A stretch of DNA of 64,000 nt, taken from a virus. Its lineage: Duplodnaviria > Heunggongvirae > Uroviricota > Caudoviricetes. Below the pieces are notes generated by a model. It searched no databases and was not told the DNA's origin. It saw only the letters and a list, made by a program, of their open reading frames with translations. Of this stretch, positions 63,992-64,000 are shown in pieces; the first letter of the stretch is position 1; each line of letters begins with the position of its first letter. The stretch is from positions 194,140-258,139 of IMG/VR virus record IMGVR_UViG_2595698548_000001. The stretch is one strand, 5' to 3'. A program made the position numbers and the translations under genes.

Positions 63992-64000
63992 GTTCTCGAC

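Overview
The window reads as a 64-kb slice of a high-GC (~58-62%) tailed-phage genome, either a large virulent phage or a prophage. Codon usage is Pseudomonas-like, and lipobox and signal-peptide features point to a Gram-negative host. Positions 1-40962 form a '+'-strand late module, ending in a lysis cassette and small late genes. The late module contains an unusually large set of fibre and adhesin genes: four collagen-like (G-X-Y) fibres, a 1217-aa multidomain adhesin-like protein (two Calx-beta-like domains, a PA14-like domain, a GATase1/ThuA-like domain), a 223-aa fibrinogen-related-domain (FReD)-like protein, two giant proteins built from 3 and 5 tandem LamG/ConA-like lectin repeats, a tandem triplication of ~600-aa paralogs, and a ~65-aa 'W-x-I-x-H-N-L' beta-domain that recurs in five proteins. 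The lysis cassette comprises a holin candidate, a unimolecular (u-)spanin-like lipoprotein and a peptidase-M15-like endolysin. A NUDIX hydrolase and a DUF1289 gene then close the late module. At 40951-41011 two convergent hairpin terminators (one a UUCG tetraloop) mark the switch to a '-'-strand early region (41138-64000). This region holds ~45 small, mostly unknown ORFs. Recognisable products include an SPFH/band-7 membrane protein, an MGMT-fold protein lacking the catalytic Cys, DUF4326, an Arc/MetJ-type ribbon-helix-helix regulator, a calcineurin-like metallophosphoesterase, a tandem pair of paralogous C-x-x-H-P-E ... C-P-x-C proteins, and several small membrane proteins. Notable non-coding signals: (1) a conserved stem-loop (GGCAC-AAGGAC-GTGCC) with a compensatory base-pair change, placed 4-7 nt after the stop codon of each of three consecutive giant fibre genes; (2) an unannotated 56-codon ORF that copies the N-terminal anchor domain of the 1217-aa protein; (3) a slightly lower-GC four-gene secreted/membrane cassette inserted in the tail module; (4) an AT-rich early promoter region bracketed by a perfect 12-bp inverted repeat. 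No rRNA, tRNA, CRISPR array, integrase or transposase was seen. All calls are from sequence inspection only, and every protein-family assignment needs HMM or structure confirmation.
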